From Candidatus Parcubacteria bacterium (GTDB taxonomy: Bacteria; Patescibacteriota; Minisyncoccia; UBA6257; 2-01-FULL-56-20): a stretch of 49,454 nucleotides of DNA. Positions 17,804 to 26,492 of this stretch are shown here, one piece after another. Each line of letters opens with the position of its first letter. Position 1 is the stretch's first letter. The stretch is taken from contig DAIDLF010000022.1 in the NCBI GenBank assembly GCA_027449645.1, positions 1 to 49,454 of the forward strand. The letters run 5' to 3'. The position numbers and the translations under genes were made by a program. A model generated the notes under the pieces. That model worked only from the letters and a program-made list of their open reading frames with translations, made no database searches and was not told the origin of the DNA.

Positions 17804-18275
17804 CGTCACCCTGCTCCTCAAGGGGCTCCATGCCGCCGCAGAACTGCTGGGCGGCCTCCTTCTGTATGCGGTCGGCCCGGGCGGCGTGGTGCGCGTCGCC
17901 CGCTATTTTCTTGGGGACGAGCTCCAGGAACAGCCGCGCGACGCCGTGGCGAATTACTTTTTGCGGCTTGCCGAATCGCTCGGAGGGACCGCGCACGCAT
18001 TTGCGGTGTTATATCTTTTGATCCACGGCGTGATCAACATGGCGATCGTGATAGCGCTCTGGAAGGAAAAGCTCTGGGCGTATCCGGCGTCGCTCGCGGC
18101 GCTCATGGCGTTCGTAGTCTATCAGTGCTATCTGCTTTCCTTCGGATTCTCGTTCTGGATGTTCGCCTTTACCGTGCTTGATATCGCCATTGTGCTCCTT
18201 GTATGGCATGAATACGGCGTGCTCAAACGGCGCCGGAAGGCGGCACATGCACGAAACGCGGCGCACGGTGCGTAG
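17742..18275 (+). CDS. DUF2127-like membrane protein
   Basis: In-frame ATG codons at 17742 and 17751. Contains ...VFDVTLLLKGLHAAAELLGGLLLY... with 4 TM helices. It overlaps the 3' end of the preceding ORF. Confidence 0.55.
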   Translation: MASMDIKFTRHQESEIHTVFDVTLLLKGLHAAAELLGGLLLYAVGPGGVVRVARYFLGDELQEQPRDAVANYFLRLAESLGGTAHAFAVLYLLIHGVINMAIVIALWKEKLWAYPASLAALMAFVVYQCYLLSFGFSFWMFAFTVLDIAIVLLVWHEYGVLKRRRKAAHARNAAHGA

Positions 18276-18304
18276 TAAGGGAATACCCATCATCCGCATT
18301 CACC

Positions 18305-18706
18305 ATGAAAAAATATCTCATTGGCCTTGCCGTGCTGTTCCTTGCCGGGTTTGCCTATTACGCGAGCCGGCATGTGGTTTCCGCTCCGGCCACGCAGGCC
18401 TTCACCAAGAGTCCTTCGGTCACCTATAAAGACGGCACCTATACCGGAAGCGCCGCCGATGCCTACTATGGCACCGTACAGGTGGCCGCGGTGATCTCGG
18501 GAGGAAAGATCACGGACGTGAAGTTCCTGCAGTATCCGGACACGCATTCCACCTCGGTCTTCATCAACCAGCAGGCCATGCCGTACCTCACCCAGGAAGC
18601 CGTCCAGGCCCAGAGCGCCAATGTGAACATCGTCTCGGGAGCCACGGAAACCAGCATGGCGTTCCAGAAATCCCTCGGGTCGGCGCTCGTGCAGGCTTCC
18701 GCTTAG
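18305..18706 (+). CDS. Extracytoplasmic FMN-binding domain protein, short-linker paralog
   Basis: 133 aa with an N-terminal TM or signal sequence. Its C-terminal 91 aa are identical to those of the 15993-16589 product. Confidence 0.8.
   Translation: MKKYLIGLAVLFLAGFAYYASRHVVSAPATQAFTKSPSVTYKDGTYTGSAADAYYGTVQVAAVISGGKITDVKFLQYPDTHSTSVFINQQAMPYLTQEAVQAQSANVNIVSGATETSMAFQKSLGSALVQASA
18425..18696. repeat. Inverted repeat copy B (272 bp), partner of 16003-16274
   Basis: See copy A. All three differences are synonymous third-codon positions. Confidence 0.95.
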
Positions 18707-18721
18707 CTTCTTTGCAAAGGC

Positions 18722-20257
18722 TTAGACCAGGCTTTTGCCGGTCATGCTGTCTGGCTGGGCAATCCCCAGTATGGCGAGGACAGTCGGCGCAATATCGGCG
18801 AGCGATCCTCGGCGGTGCGCATCGGCAAGCGGGATGCGCGCATCGGGGGAGACCACGATGCAGGGGACCACGCTCAGGGTGTGCGCCGTATGGCGCTCCC
18901 CGGTCTCGGGATCCACATTCATCTCCGCATTCCCGTGATCTGCAGTGACCACCGCCGCGCCGCCTTTCGCGAGTACGGCGTCCACCACCCGCGCGAGCTC
19001 GCGGTCTACGGTCTCCACGGCGGTCACGATGGCCGGGCGGTTCGCCGTATGTCCGACCATGTCGGCGTTCGCGAAGTTCATCACGATAAAATCGTCGCCG
19101 GCCTGAATGCGCTCGATCGCCTTGTCCGCGATCTCTTTCGCGCGCATCTCCGGCGCGAGGTCGTGCGTCGGGATATCTTTGCGGCTCGGAATAAGGAAAA
19201 AGTGCTCCTGCGGATAAGGGGTTTCATGGCCGCCGTCAAAGAAATAGGTGACGTGCGCGTATTTTTCGGTCTCGGCGATATGCGACTGCACAAGGCCCGC
19301 GTCGGAGAGTTCCTTGGCGAGCGATGTCTCGGCGCGCGACTGGGGGAACGCGACGTCGGTCTTCAGATTCTTGTCATATTCCGTGAGCGTCGCCACGCGG
19401 AGATCGAGTTCCTGCGCGCGGGCAAGGATCTTTTCCGTAAGCTGGCGCGCGCGGTCCGGACGGAAGTTGAAAAAGAGCAGGGCATCGTGCTTTGCGATCG
19501 TGCGCGGCATGCCGTCCTTGTCCAAAAACACCATCGATTCAAGATGTTCGTCCACGGCGCCTTCCTGGTATCGTGCCGTGAGCACCTCGGAAGGCCGGCG
19601 GCCCTGATAGCGCTCCGGCGCCTCGCCCTCGAACATGGCCGACTCGCTCTTTCCGATGCGGTCCCAATTCTTGTCCCGGTCCATGGCATAGAAGCGGCCA
19701 TGCACGCTTACCACGGCATCCGCGCCGAACCCGAGCTCCTCAAGCAGGGCCTCAAGCGATGCAAGGTGGGCGGCGGCGCTCTGCGGCGGCAGGTCGCGCC
19801 CGTCGGTGATCGCGTGGATGGCAACCCGCGTCACCCCTGCCGCTTTCGCGGCACGGAGGAACGCGTGCAGGTGTTCCTGGTGGCTGTGCACCCCGCCCGA
19901 TCCCACAAGCCCCACGGCGTGGAGCGTGGAATGGTAGCGCTTCACGTGATCAAACAGCCGGACAAACGCCGGGTTCTCGGCGAACCCGCCCGTCCGGGCG
20001 GCTTTGCTGATCTTTACGAGGTCCACGTCCATCACGCGGCCGGCGCCCATCGTCATATGACCGACCTCGCTGTTGCCGATCTGGCCTGCCGGAAGGCCCA
20101 CCTGTTCCTCGCTTGCATCGAGGAAGGCGTGGGGATATTTTGCCATGAGCGCATCAAAGCACGGCGTCTTCGCTTCAGCGATGGCGTTATGTTCGGCATT
20201 TTCGCGATAGCCCCATCCATCGAGGATGATGAGGCAGACTGGTCGTGTGAAGGCCAT
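18722..20257 (-). CDS. gpmI: 2,3-bisphosphoglycerate-independent phosphoglycerate mutase
   Basis: 511 aa. Contains LIILDGWG, NSEVGHMTMGAGR, GGVHSH and TADHGNAE motifs. Confidence 0.92.
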   Translation of the reverse strand: MAFTRPVCLIILDGWGYRENAEHNAIAEAKTPCFDALMAKYPHAFLDASEEQVGLPAGQIGNSEVGHMTMGAGRVMDVDLVKISKAARTGGFAENPAFVRLFDHVKRYHSTLHAVGLVGSGGVHSHQEHLHAFLRAAKAAGVTRVAIHAITDGRDLPPQSAAAHLASLEALLEELGFGADAVVSVHGRFYAMDRDKNWDRIGKSESAMFEGEAPERYQGRRPSEVLTARYQEGAVDEHLESMVFLDKDGMPRTIAKHDALLFFNFRPDRARQLTEKILARAQELDLRVATLTEYDKNLKTDVAFPQSRAETSLAKELSDAGLVQSHIAETEKYAHVTYFFDGGHETPYPQEHFFLIPSRKDIPTHDLAPEMRAKEIADKAIERIQAGDDFIVMNFANADMVGHTANRPAIVTAVETVDRELARVVDAVLAKGGAAVVTADHGNAEMNVDPETGERHTAHTLSVVPCIVVSPDARIPLADAHRRGSLADIAPTVLAILGIAQPDSMTGKSLV

Positions 20258-20276
20258 GGATAAAAATAGTTAAGGG

Positions 20277-20627
20277 TTATGCTCCGGAAGCGCGCTGGTC
20301 GATGAACGGCGCGATCTCCTCGGTAATTCGCGCAAGCAGATTCTCATAGCTCCGCCGCATATCCTCCCGTTCCTGCGGATCGGTGGCGCGTTGGAGGTCG
20401 TCGCCCAGCATGAGCGCGTGTTCCACGAGGTGAAGATGGTGTTCGAGGTCGGGGTAGTGGACCCCGCGATAGGCGAGGTCGGTGATGGCGTCGCGGAGGG
20501 CGGTGAGGCGGGCCATTTCCTCGTTGCGGGCATCCTGTTCCTTGGCGGCAAAAACCTCCTCGGGCGTCGCCTCACGGTCAAATCCCTGGTCGGGCTGCGG
20601 ATCAAATTGCGGCGTTTCGAATCCCAT
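20277..20627 (-). CDS. Small acidic hypothetical protein between eno and gpmI
   Basis: The ATG at 20627 avoids overlap with eno; the ORF is open up to 20645. Helical and acidic, with no recognised family. Confidence 0.4.
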   Translation of the reverse strand: MGFETPQFDPQPDQGFDREATPEEVFAAKEQDARNEEMARLTALRDAITDLAYRGVHYPDLEHHLHLVEHALMLGDDLQRATDPQEREDMRRSYENLLARITEEIAPFIDQRASGA

Positions 20628-20634
20628 AGAAAAG

Positions 20635-21942
20635 TTATTTGGCAAACGGGCGTTTCCCGGAATATACCGCCTTGGCGCCCAGCATCTCCTCTATGCGGAG
20701 CAATTCATTGTACTTGGCGACGCGGTCCGTGCGCGAAAGGGAACCGGTCTTGATCTGCCCCGTGCCGAGGCCGACGGCAAGGTGCGCGATCGTCACGTCC
20801 TCCGTCTCGCCGGAGCGGTGCGAAATGATGCTGTGCCATCCGGCGGCCTTCGCCATCTTCACGGCGGCGATGGTCTCACTGAGCGTGCCGATCTGGTTCG
20901 GCTTGATGAGGATCGCGTTGCCCGCCTTTTCCGCAATGCCCCGCGAAAGGAATGCGGTGTTCGTCACAAGAAGGTCGTCGCCCACGAGCTGGCGCGCGAT
21001 CTTTCCGGTCATCGCCGTCCAGCCCGCCCAGTCATCCTCGCCGAGCCCGTCCTCGATGGAGGCAATGGGATACTGCTCCGCGAGCGCGGCGAGCCAGGCG
21101 ATCATCTCGTCCGTGGAAAGCGAGCGGTTCTCGGTGGCAAGGCGATAGGTCTTGGTCGACGGGTCCCAGAGTTCCGATGCGGCAACATCGAGCGCAAGCA
21201 TGATATCCGTGCCGAGCGCATAGCCCGCGGCCGACACGGCGGCATCGATGAGGCTGAGCGCCTCCGCATTGCCGCCCTTCACGGCGGGCGCATAGCCGCC
21301 TTCGTCGCCGACGGTCGTGCCATAGCCATGGCTTGCAAGGACCTTCTTCAGCGCATGGAACACGTTCGCGCCCATCTGGAGCGCTTCGGAGAACGTTGCG
21401 GCGCCCGTGGGCGCGATCATAAATTCCTGGATGTCCGTGGAACCCGCCGCATGCCGGCCTCCGTTCACGATGTTCATCAGGGGAAGGGGAAGCACGTTCG
21501 CCTCGTCCGAGACGCCATCCGCCGGACCGCCGGCGAGCGCGTGCACATGCGAAAAGAGCGGTATGCCTTTGGCATTTGCCGTCGCATGGGCCGCGGCGAG
21601 CGAGGCGGCCAGGATGGCGTTCGCACCCAGGCGGGATTTCGTAGGGGTACCATCAAGGGCGATGAGCCTCTGGTCCAGCGCCTCCTGGTCTTCGGCATCC
21701 ATGCCTACGAGCGCCTGCGCGATCTCGCCGCCCACATTGGCCACGGCTTTGAGCACGCTTTTGCCGCCGTAGTTCTTGGGATCGCCGTCGCGGAGCTCGG
21801 TCGCCTCGCGGCTGCCCGTGGAAGCGCCGGACGGTACGGCGGCGCGTCCCATGATGCCCTGTTCAAGCATCACGTCCGCTTCTACCGTAGGATTGCCGCG
21901 CGAATCAAGGATCTGCCGTGCACGAATGGAGGTTATTTTCAT
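20635..21942 (-). CDS. eno: Enolase
   Basis: 435 aa. Contains [19 protein letters not shown], and the SHRSGETED signature appears as [19 protein letters not shown]. Confidence 0.95.
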   Translation of the reverse strand: MKITSIRARQILDSRGNPTVEADVMLEQGIMGRAAVPSGASTGSREATELRDGDPKNYGGKSVLKAVANVGGEIAQALVGMDAEDQEALDQRLIALDGTPTKSRLGANAILAASLAAAHATANAKGIPLFSHVHALAGGPADGVSDEANVLPLPLMNIVNGGRHAAGSTDIQEFMIAPTGAATFSEALQMGANVFHALKKVLASHGYGTTVGDEGGYAPAVKGGNAEALSLIDAAVSAAGYALGTDIMLALDVAASELWDPSTKTYRLATENRSLSTDEMIAWLAALAEQYPIASIEDGLGEDDWAGWTAMTGKIARQLVGDDLLVTNTAFLSRGIAEKAGNAILIKPNQIGTLSETIAAVKMAKAAGWHSIISHRSGETEDVTIAHLAVGLGTGQIKTGSLSRTDRVAKYNELLRIEEMLGAKAVYSGKRPFAK

Positions 21943-21984
21943 ACTGCTGATTATATGCTATTCTTTACAGGAAATAAAACATCC

Positions 21985-23007
21985 ATGCGCACCAAAATTA
22001 TCGCGACCATAGGTCCCATATCCGATTCGCAAGACATGATCCAAAAATTCGTCGATGCCGGCATGGACATTGCCCGCATCAACTTTTCACACGCGAAGGA
22101 AGAATGGTTCCTTGAGGTCCAGAAGCGCCTCGCGGCGGCATCCCGGAAGGCAAAGCGGAACGTTCCCATCATGCAGGACCTCCAAGGTCCGCGCATCCGC
22201 GTAGGCGAACTGCCGAAGGAGGGCGTGAAGCTCGTGGAGGGGGAGACGGTGACCTTCTCCACGAAGAAGGACGATCCCCGCACCATCTTCATCGATGCCC
22301 CCAAGCTGCACCGCGACATGCGGCGCGGCGAAACGATCTATCTCGCAAACGGCGACATGGAGCTTTCGGTCACGCGCATCACGGGCAACCGCATCGCGGC
22401 GCGGGTGACGCGCGGCGGAATGCTGTATTCGCGCAAGGGCGTCAACCTGCCGGATACGGCGCTCTCCAATGCAGGCCTCACTCCGAAGGATGTCCGCGAC
22501 GTGAAATTTGCCTTAAAGCACGGCGTAAGCGTATTCGCCATCTCGTTCGTGCAGTCAGCGAAGGATATCGCGGCGCTCCGCAAGCTTGTCGGCCCGAAAG
22601 CGAAGATCATCGCCAAGGTGGAGACGGCCCTTGGCGTGCGCAATATCGACGAGATCATCCTCGCATCCGATGCCATCATGATCGCGCGCGGCGACCTCGG
22701 CATCGAGATCGCGGCGGAAAAGATCCCATTCATCCAGAAAAACCTCATCCGCCATGCCGCATGGTATGGCAAGGGCACCGTCACGGCTACGCAGATGCTG
22801 GTTTCCATGGTGGACCATGCCCGCCCCACGCGCGCGGAGGTGTCGGACATCGCGAACGCCGTCTGGGACGGCTCGGATGCGGTCATGCTCTCTGATGAGA
22901 CGGCGAGCGGAAAATATCCGCTGGAGGCGCTGCGGACCATGGCGAGGATCGTTGCCCAGGCCGAATCCTCCCGCTTCGACATCAAGAACCCGCTCGCGGG
23001 GTGGTAA
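21985..23007 (+). CDS. pyk: Pyruvate kinase, short form lacking the C-terminal regulatory domain
   Basis: The start MRTKIIATIGP is at 21985. Contains ARINFSH, MIARGDLGIE and MLSDETASGKYP. The ORF ends about 340 aa in, right after the barrel domain. Confidence 0.85.
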   Translation: MRTKIIATIGPISDSQDMIQKFVDAGMDIARINFSHAKEEWFLEVQKRLAAASRKAKRNVPIMQDLQGPRIRVGELPKEGVKLVEGETVTFSTKKDDPRTIFIDAPKLHRDMRRGETIYLANGDMELSVTRITGNRIAARVTRGGMLYSRKGVNLPDTALSNAGLTPKDVRDVKFALKHGVSVFAISFVQSAKDIAALRKLVGPKAKIIAKVETALGVRNIDEIILASDAIMIARGDLGIEIAAEKIPFIQKNLIRHAAWYGKGTVTATQMLVSMVDHARPTRAEVSDIANAVWDGSDAVMLSDETASGKYPLEALRTMARIVAQAESSRFDIKNPLAGW

Positions 23008-23036
23008 AGAACGTGGTAGCATAGGGAGATAAGGCC

Positions 23037-23591
23037 ATGATCGAGCATCAGCCGCTCCTGCAATCCAACGACAACAACGAAGTCGTGCTCCGCCTGGAGC
23101 GCTACGAGGACATTTTTTCGAGCTTTGACATCCGCCCTTACGCCAAACGGGCGCTTTCGGCTGATTTTCTGGAGGAGCTCAAATGGGCGGCGGCGGATAA
23201 GGCGGACGGCAAGGTGGAACTCACCCTGCTCATGCCCACGAAGGACAAGAACGAATATCATGAGACGATCATCAAAGAGCGCCTCACGGAACACTTCAGG
23301 AAGCACCACCGCGACCTGCTGGAGGAGAAGCGCCACGTGACCCGCGTAGGCTCCGCCATGGTAGCGGCCGGCGTGGCATGCATGGGCCTCGCCACGCTCA
23401 TCGTCACCGCCGGCGCCGAACAAGGTTTCTTCTTCTCATTCCTCGTGCTGCTCCTTGAGCCGGCGGCCTGGTTCCTGCTGTGGGAGGGGATGGACCAGAT
23501 CATTTTCACCTCGCGTGAAAAGAACCCCGAATTGGAGTTCTACCGGAAGATGAGCAATTCCCACGAGCACATCGCATTCAAGGCGTATTAA
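23037..23591 (+). CDS. Hypothetical membrane protein (2 TM)
   Basis: 184 aa with an SD-like GGGAGATAAGG upstream. No recognised family. Confidence 0.5.
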   Translation: MIEHQPLLQSNDNNEVVLRLERYEDIFSSFDIRPYAKRALSADFLEELKWAAADKADGKVELTLLMPTKDKNEYHETIIKERLTEHFRKHHRDLLEEKRHVTRVGSAMVAAGVACMGLATLIVTAGAEQGFFFSFLVLLLEPAAWFLLWEGMDQIIFTSREKNPELEFYRKMSNSHEHIAFKAY

Positions 23592-23659
23592 AATAAGAAA
23601 GGAGGATGCGCGCGCAGGCGTCGTTGATTTATCCTTTGATCGGAAAGGGGAAGACACCT

Positions 23660-25081
23660 ATGACGCAAGAGCAAGCTCTCAACATCCTCAAACTCGGCAA
23701 AAATGTTTTCCTTACCGGTGCGCCAGGCGCCGGAAAGACATATCTCCTTGCACAGTATATAGACTTTCTCCGATTGAACGATGTGAACCCCGCGATCACG
23801 GCCTACACGGGCATCGCGGCAAGCCATCTTAACGGGAAAACCCTCCATTCCTGGGCGGGGCTTCGGCCGGGCCCGCTTCGTGCGTTCGCGCAGGAGCGCG
23901 ACAGGGTGCGCAACAATCAGTTTTTGACCGCAAAGATTACACGGGCAAAGGTGCTCATCATTGATGAGATCTCCATGCTCAGCCCCGAACTTTTTGAACA
24001 GGTTGATTTCATCTGTAAAACTGCGCGGAACTCCATGGAACCTTTCGGAGGGTTGCAGCTCATATGCTCGGGCGATTTCTTCCAGATACCCCCGGTCAAC
24101 CAGGAAAACGGGCGGTTCGTACTCGATAGCGGGATATGGGAGGAGGCAAAAATGAAAATATGCTATCTCCATGAGCAGCACCGGCAAGGAGACCACAAAC
24201 TTCTCGGAATACTTGAGGAAATTCGGAGAGGGGATGTGGGCGCGGATGCCATTGCGCTCCTCAAAAGCAGGGTCGGGGCAAAAATCGATGCGCCGATCGG
24301 CGTCGCCCGGCTCTATACCCATAATGAAGACGTCGATGAGATCAACGAAAGGGAACTCCGCAAACTTACCGGCCCCGAGATCATCTATGAGGTGCATTCA
24401 ACCGGAGACGCCAAGGTCATCGAAAAGCTCAAAAAGGATTACCGGATAAAAAATATCAGCCTCAAAAAGGGCGCGCGGGTGATGTTCACCAGAAATAATG
24501 AGGGGATGGGCTATGTGAACGGGACCCTGGGAGAGATAGTTGATTTTGACGGGGACGGCGATCCCGTAGTGATGACCTTTGACCAGCAGAGGATCGCCGT
24601 GGCGCGAGAGCAATGGGATCTTGAGGACAACGGAGAAACAAAGGCGTCGGTTTGGCAGGTCCCCTTGAGGCTGGCATGGGCTATCACGGTCCATAAAAGC
24701 CAGGGCATGACGCTCGACGCTGCAGAGATAGAGCTTTCGCGCGCATTTGAAGAGGGCATGGGTTATGTGGCGCTTTCCCGGGTGAAACGATTGGAGAACC
24801 TATCCCTTATCGGATGGAATGATGTCGCGCTCAAGGTGAATGACCGCATCAAAAGGATCGATGATGAATTCCTGGAGCAATCAATTGAAACGGAGAATTA
24901 TTTGCACGGTCTTGGCGCCGAGCGCGTTGACCGTTTACAGAGGGAGTTTGTGGCGGCCATGAAAGAAGAAGGAGAGGCCCCAAAAGTGCAAGCCGGGGCA
25001 TTCCATTATGAACCGGACGAAGTTCCCGTCATTGATTTTGAGGGATACGGATCAATCAACGCCGAGGATATCCCTTTCTAG
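23660..25081 (+). CDS. PIF1/RecD-like SF1 DNA helicase
   Basis: Walker A is LTGAPGAGKTYLL and Walker B is LIIDEISML. Also contains GDFFQIPPV and HKSQGMTLD. The ATG at 23660 is preferred over the 23606 start in the ORF track. Confidence 0.8.
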   Translation: MTQEQALNILKLGKNVFLTGAPGAGKTYLLAQYIDFLRLNDVNPAITAYTGIAASHLNGKTLHSWAGLRPGPLRAFAQERDRVRNNQFLTAKITRAKVLIIDEISMLSPELFEQVDFICKTARNSMEPFGGLQLICSGDFFQIPPVNQENGRFVLDSGIWEEAKMKICYLHEQHRQGDHKLLGILEEIRRGDVGADAIALLKSRVGAKIDAPIGVARLYTHNEDVDEINERELRKLTGPEIIYEVHSTGDAKVIEKLKKDYRIKNISLKKGARVMFTRNNEGMGYVNGTLGEIVDFDGDGDPVVMTFDQQRIAVAREQWDLEDNGETKASVWQVPLRLAWAITVHKSQGMTLDAAEIELSRAFEEGMGYVALSRVKRLENLSLIGWNDVALKVNDRIKRIDDEFLEQSIETENYLHGLGAERVDRLQREFVAAMKEEGEAPKVQAGAFHYEPDEVPVIDFEGYGSINAEDIPF

Positions 25082-25095
25082 GGGGATATACAAAA

Positions 25096-25133
25096 GGCGC
25101 ACGCTTAGCCTCAGCTAGCGTGCGCCTGATTTT
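25096..25133. terminator. Bidirectional rho-independent terminator
   Basis: The stem GGCGCACGCT at 25096-25105 pairs perfectly with AGCGTGCGCC at 25117-25126. It is followed by TGATTTT and preceded by CAAAA. It lies between convergent genes. Confidence 0.75.
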
Positions 25134-25142
25134 AAAAAAAGA

Positions 25143-25622
25143 TCAAGAAGTGTAACGGACCGCAGTTTCCGTGTTTACGGCAGCCTGCACGGAGAGGATC
25201 TCGCGCGAGCACTTCATCATGCCCGCAACCCGAAGGTCTGTCTGCATGACACTCCTCGCGAGATCGAAAACGTGTTTTTCGAAGGCATGGAGCTGGCCCT
25301 TGGTCAGGCAATGCTTCAGTCTCGCATTGACCGAGTACTGATGGCTGCTCAACTGCTCCCCTCTAGTAATTTCAAGGGGGTTATTCATGCCATGGTCGCG
25401 CCAAGGGTGCTCTTCCTCTGCAATAGCAACATAGTTTGCTACTATTGCATCAAGGCGGCACTCCTCGATCTTTGTCCCCTCGCCAGTTCGCGAGTATAGT
25501 TGCGCCCGACGCTCGTAGGTGGCCACAGCCTCATTGGCCATGGTGATCACGAATGTCGCGCCCACGCAATAGCTCCGATTCTGTGGGGACACTCCGTATA
25601 TTAGTTCGTTTAGGGTCCTCAT
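25143..25622 (-). CDS. Hypothetical protein (159 aa), island-associated
   Basis: Strong SD (AAGGAGGG) 8 nt upstream of the ATG at 25622. GC looks intermediate by eye. No recognised domain. Confidence 0.6.
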   Translation of the reverse strand: MRTLNELIYGVSPQNRSYCVGATFVITMANEAVATYERRAQLYSRTGEGTKIEECRLDAIVANYVAIAEEEHPWRDHGMNNPLEITRGEQLSSHQYSVNARLKHCLTKGQLHAFEKHVFDLARSVMQTDLRVAGMMKCSREILSVQAAVNTETAVRYTS

Positions 25623-25707
25623 CGAGAAACCCTCCTTTGCTTGAACTTGCTGCTGAGTTGAAAATCAGCTGTTTATAATATTATCACTATTCAGCGATAC
25701 TGTCAAT

Positions 25708-25737
25708 AGTGCTGGCCGGCTTGGACGATGTTCGAAC
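25708..25737 (-). repeat. Degenerate copy of the tRNA-Gln 3' end and trailer (candidate distal att remnant)
   Basis: AGTGCTG..CCGG..GGA..TTCGAAC here compares with AGTGCTGCCGGGCAGGGATTCGAAC at 30381-30405. About 22 positions match, with two indels, in the same orientation. Confidence 0.3.
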
Positions 25738-25757
25738 TGTATTGTGGTATAATACAG
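25737..25757 (+). promoter_or_regulatory. Extended -10 promoter (TGGTATAAT) embedded in a 7-bp inverted repeat
   Basis: TGGTATAAT at 25745-25753. CTGTATT at 25737-25743 pairs with AATACAG at 25751-25757. It lies upstream of the AT-rich + strand ORFs. Confidence 0.5.
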
Positions 25758-25871
25758 GCATAGGGGCTTTAGGTAGATTTTACATATAATCTATTGAAAA
25801 GTGGATATTATGCGCTTAAAAGATTGGCATTGTCTTCAAGTCGCGATGCTTGTAATCATTACCGTTGAGCG

Positions 25872-26093
25872 ATGAAAGAGAAGAATAAAAAATTTTGGCG
25901 GTTTATTTTGGGGGTTGGTGCAATATCTTTTTTAGATCAGATAATAGAAAATAAAGAGGAGGAAATCAAAGAATTAAGGGCGAAACTTGAAGAAGCTCGC
26001 GAAAAAAAAGAACCACAGTTTGGTACATATCTCTATGAAACCTATGGCATAGAAGATGAGAATGACCTAGATGCGTGGTTTAATGAAGAATAG
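25872..26093 (+). CDS. Small hypothetical protein with one TM helix and an acidic coiled-coil tail (73 aa)
   Basis: ATG start, AT-rich codons. Contains FWRFILGVGAISFL, then EEEIKELRAKLEEAREKK. Confidence 0.5.
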   Translation: MKEKNKKFWRFILGVGAISFLDQIIENKEEEIKELRAKLEEAREKKEPQFGTYLYETYGIEDENDLDAWFNEE

Positions 26094-26204
26094 TTTCGGT
26101 TCGATAGGTTGAAGTACAGACTGGTTTGGAGATGTCTAGTATTAAGGTTTAATAAAAATGCAACAAGGAACTTAGAATTATAATCAATTATAGATTAAAA
26201 AATT

Positions 26205-26453
26205 ATGATATTTACTGATTTTGTTGAAAGGCTACTTCAGTTAAATGTTGATCGCGACAAGATATTTCTATTGGAATCCTTTGCCGCCAAACACGCAGAA
26301 CAAACCTTTTTAAAGGATGGAGAGCCTAAGGAAACCACTGCTCAAATTAGCATGAGAATTGAATTTTCAAGGGGGAAAATTTTGAGCGAATTTGAAGAAA
26401 ATATTAAAAATGGAAAATCGGTAGAGTATTTAGTCGATTTGTTATTAAAATAG
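26205..26453 (+). CDS. Small hypothetical protein (82 aa)
   Basis: ATG start, same strand and composition as its neighbours. No recognised domain. Confidence 0.45.
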   Translation: MIFTDFVERLLQLNVDRDKIFLLESFAAKHAEQTFLKDGEPKETTAQISMRIEFSRGKILSEFEENIKNGKSVEYLVDLLLK

Positions 26454-26492
26454 TTTCCCATTTTTTGGATTGTTTCTAGGTTTATATAAGGT

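Noticed and set aside
20482-21984. The N-terminal 500-aa extension of the pyruvate kinase ORF (841 aa in the ORF track).
   Set aside because: The extension is antisense to enolase and to the small acidic gene. The canonical Pyk N-terminus MRTKIIATIGP starts at 21985.
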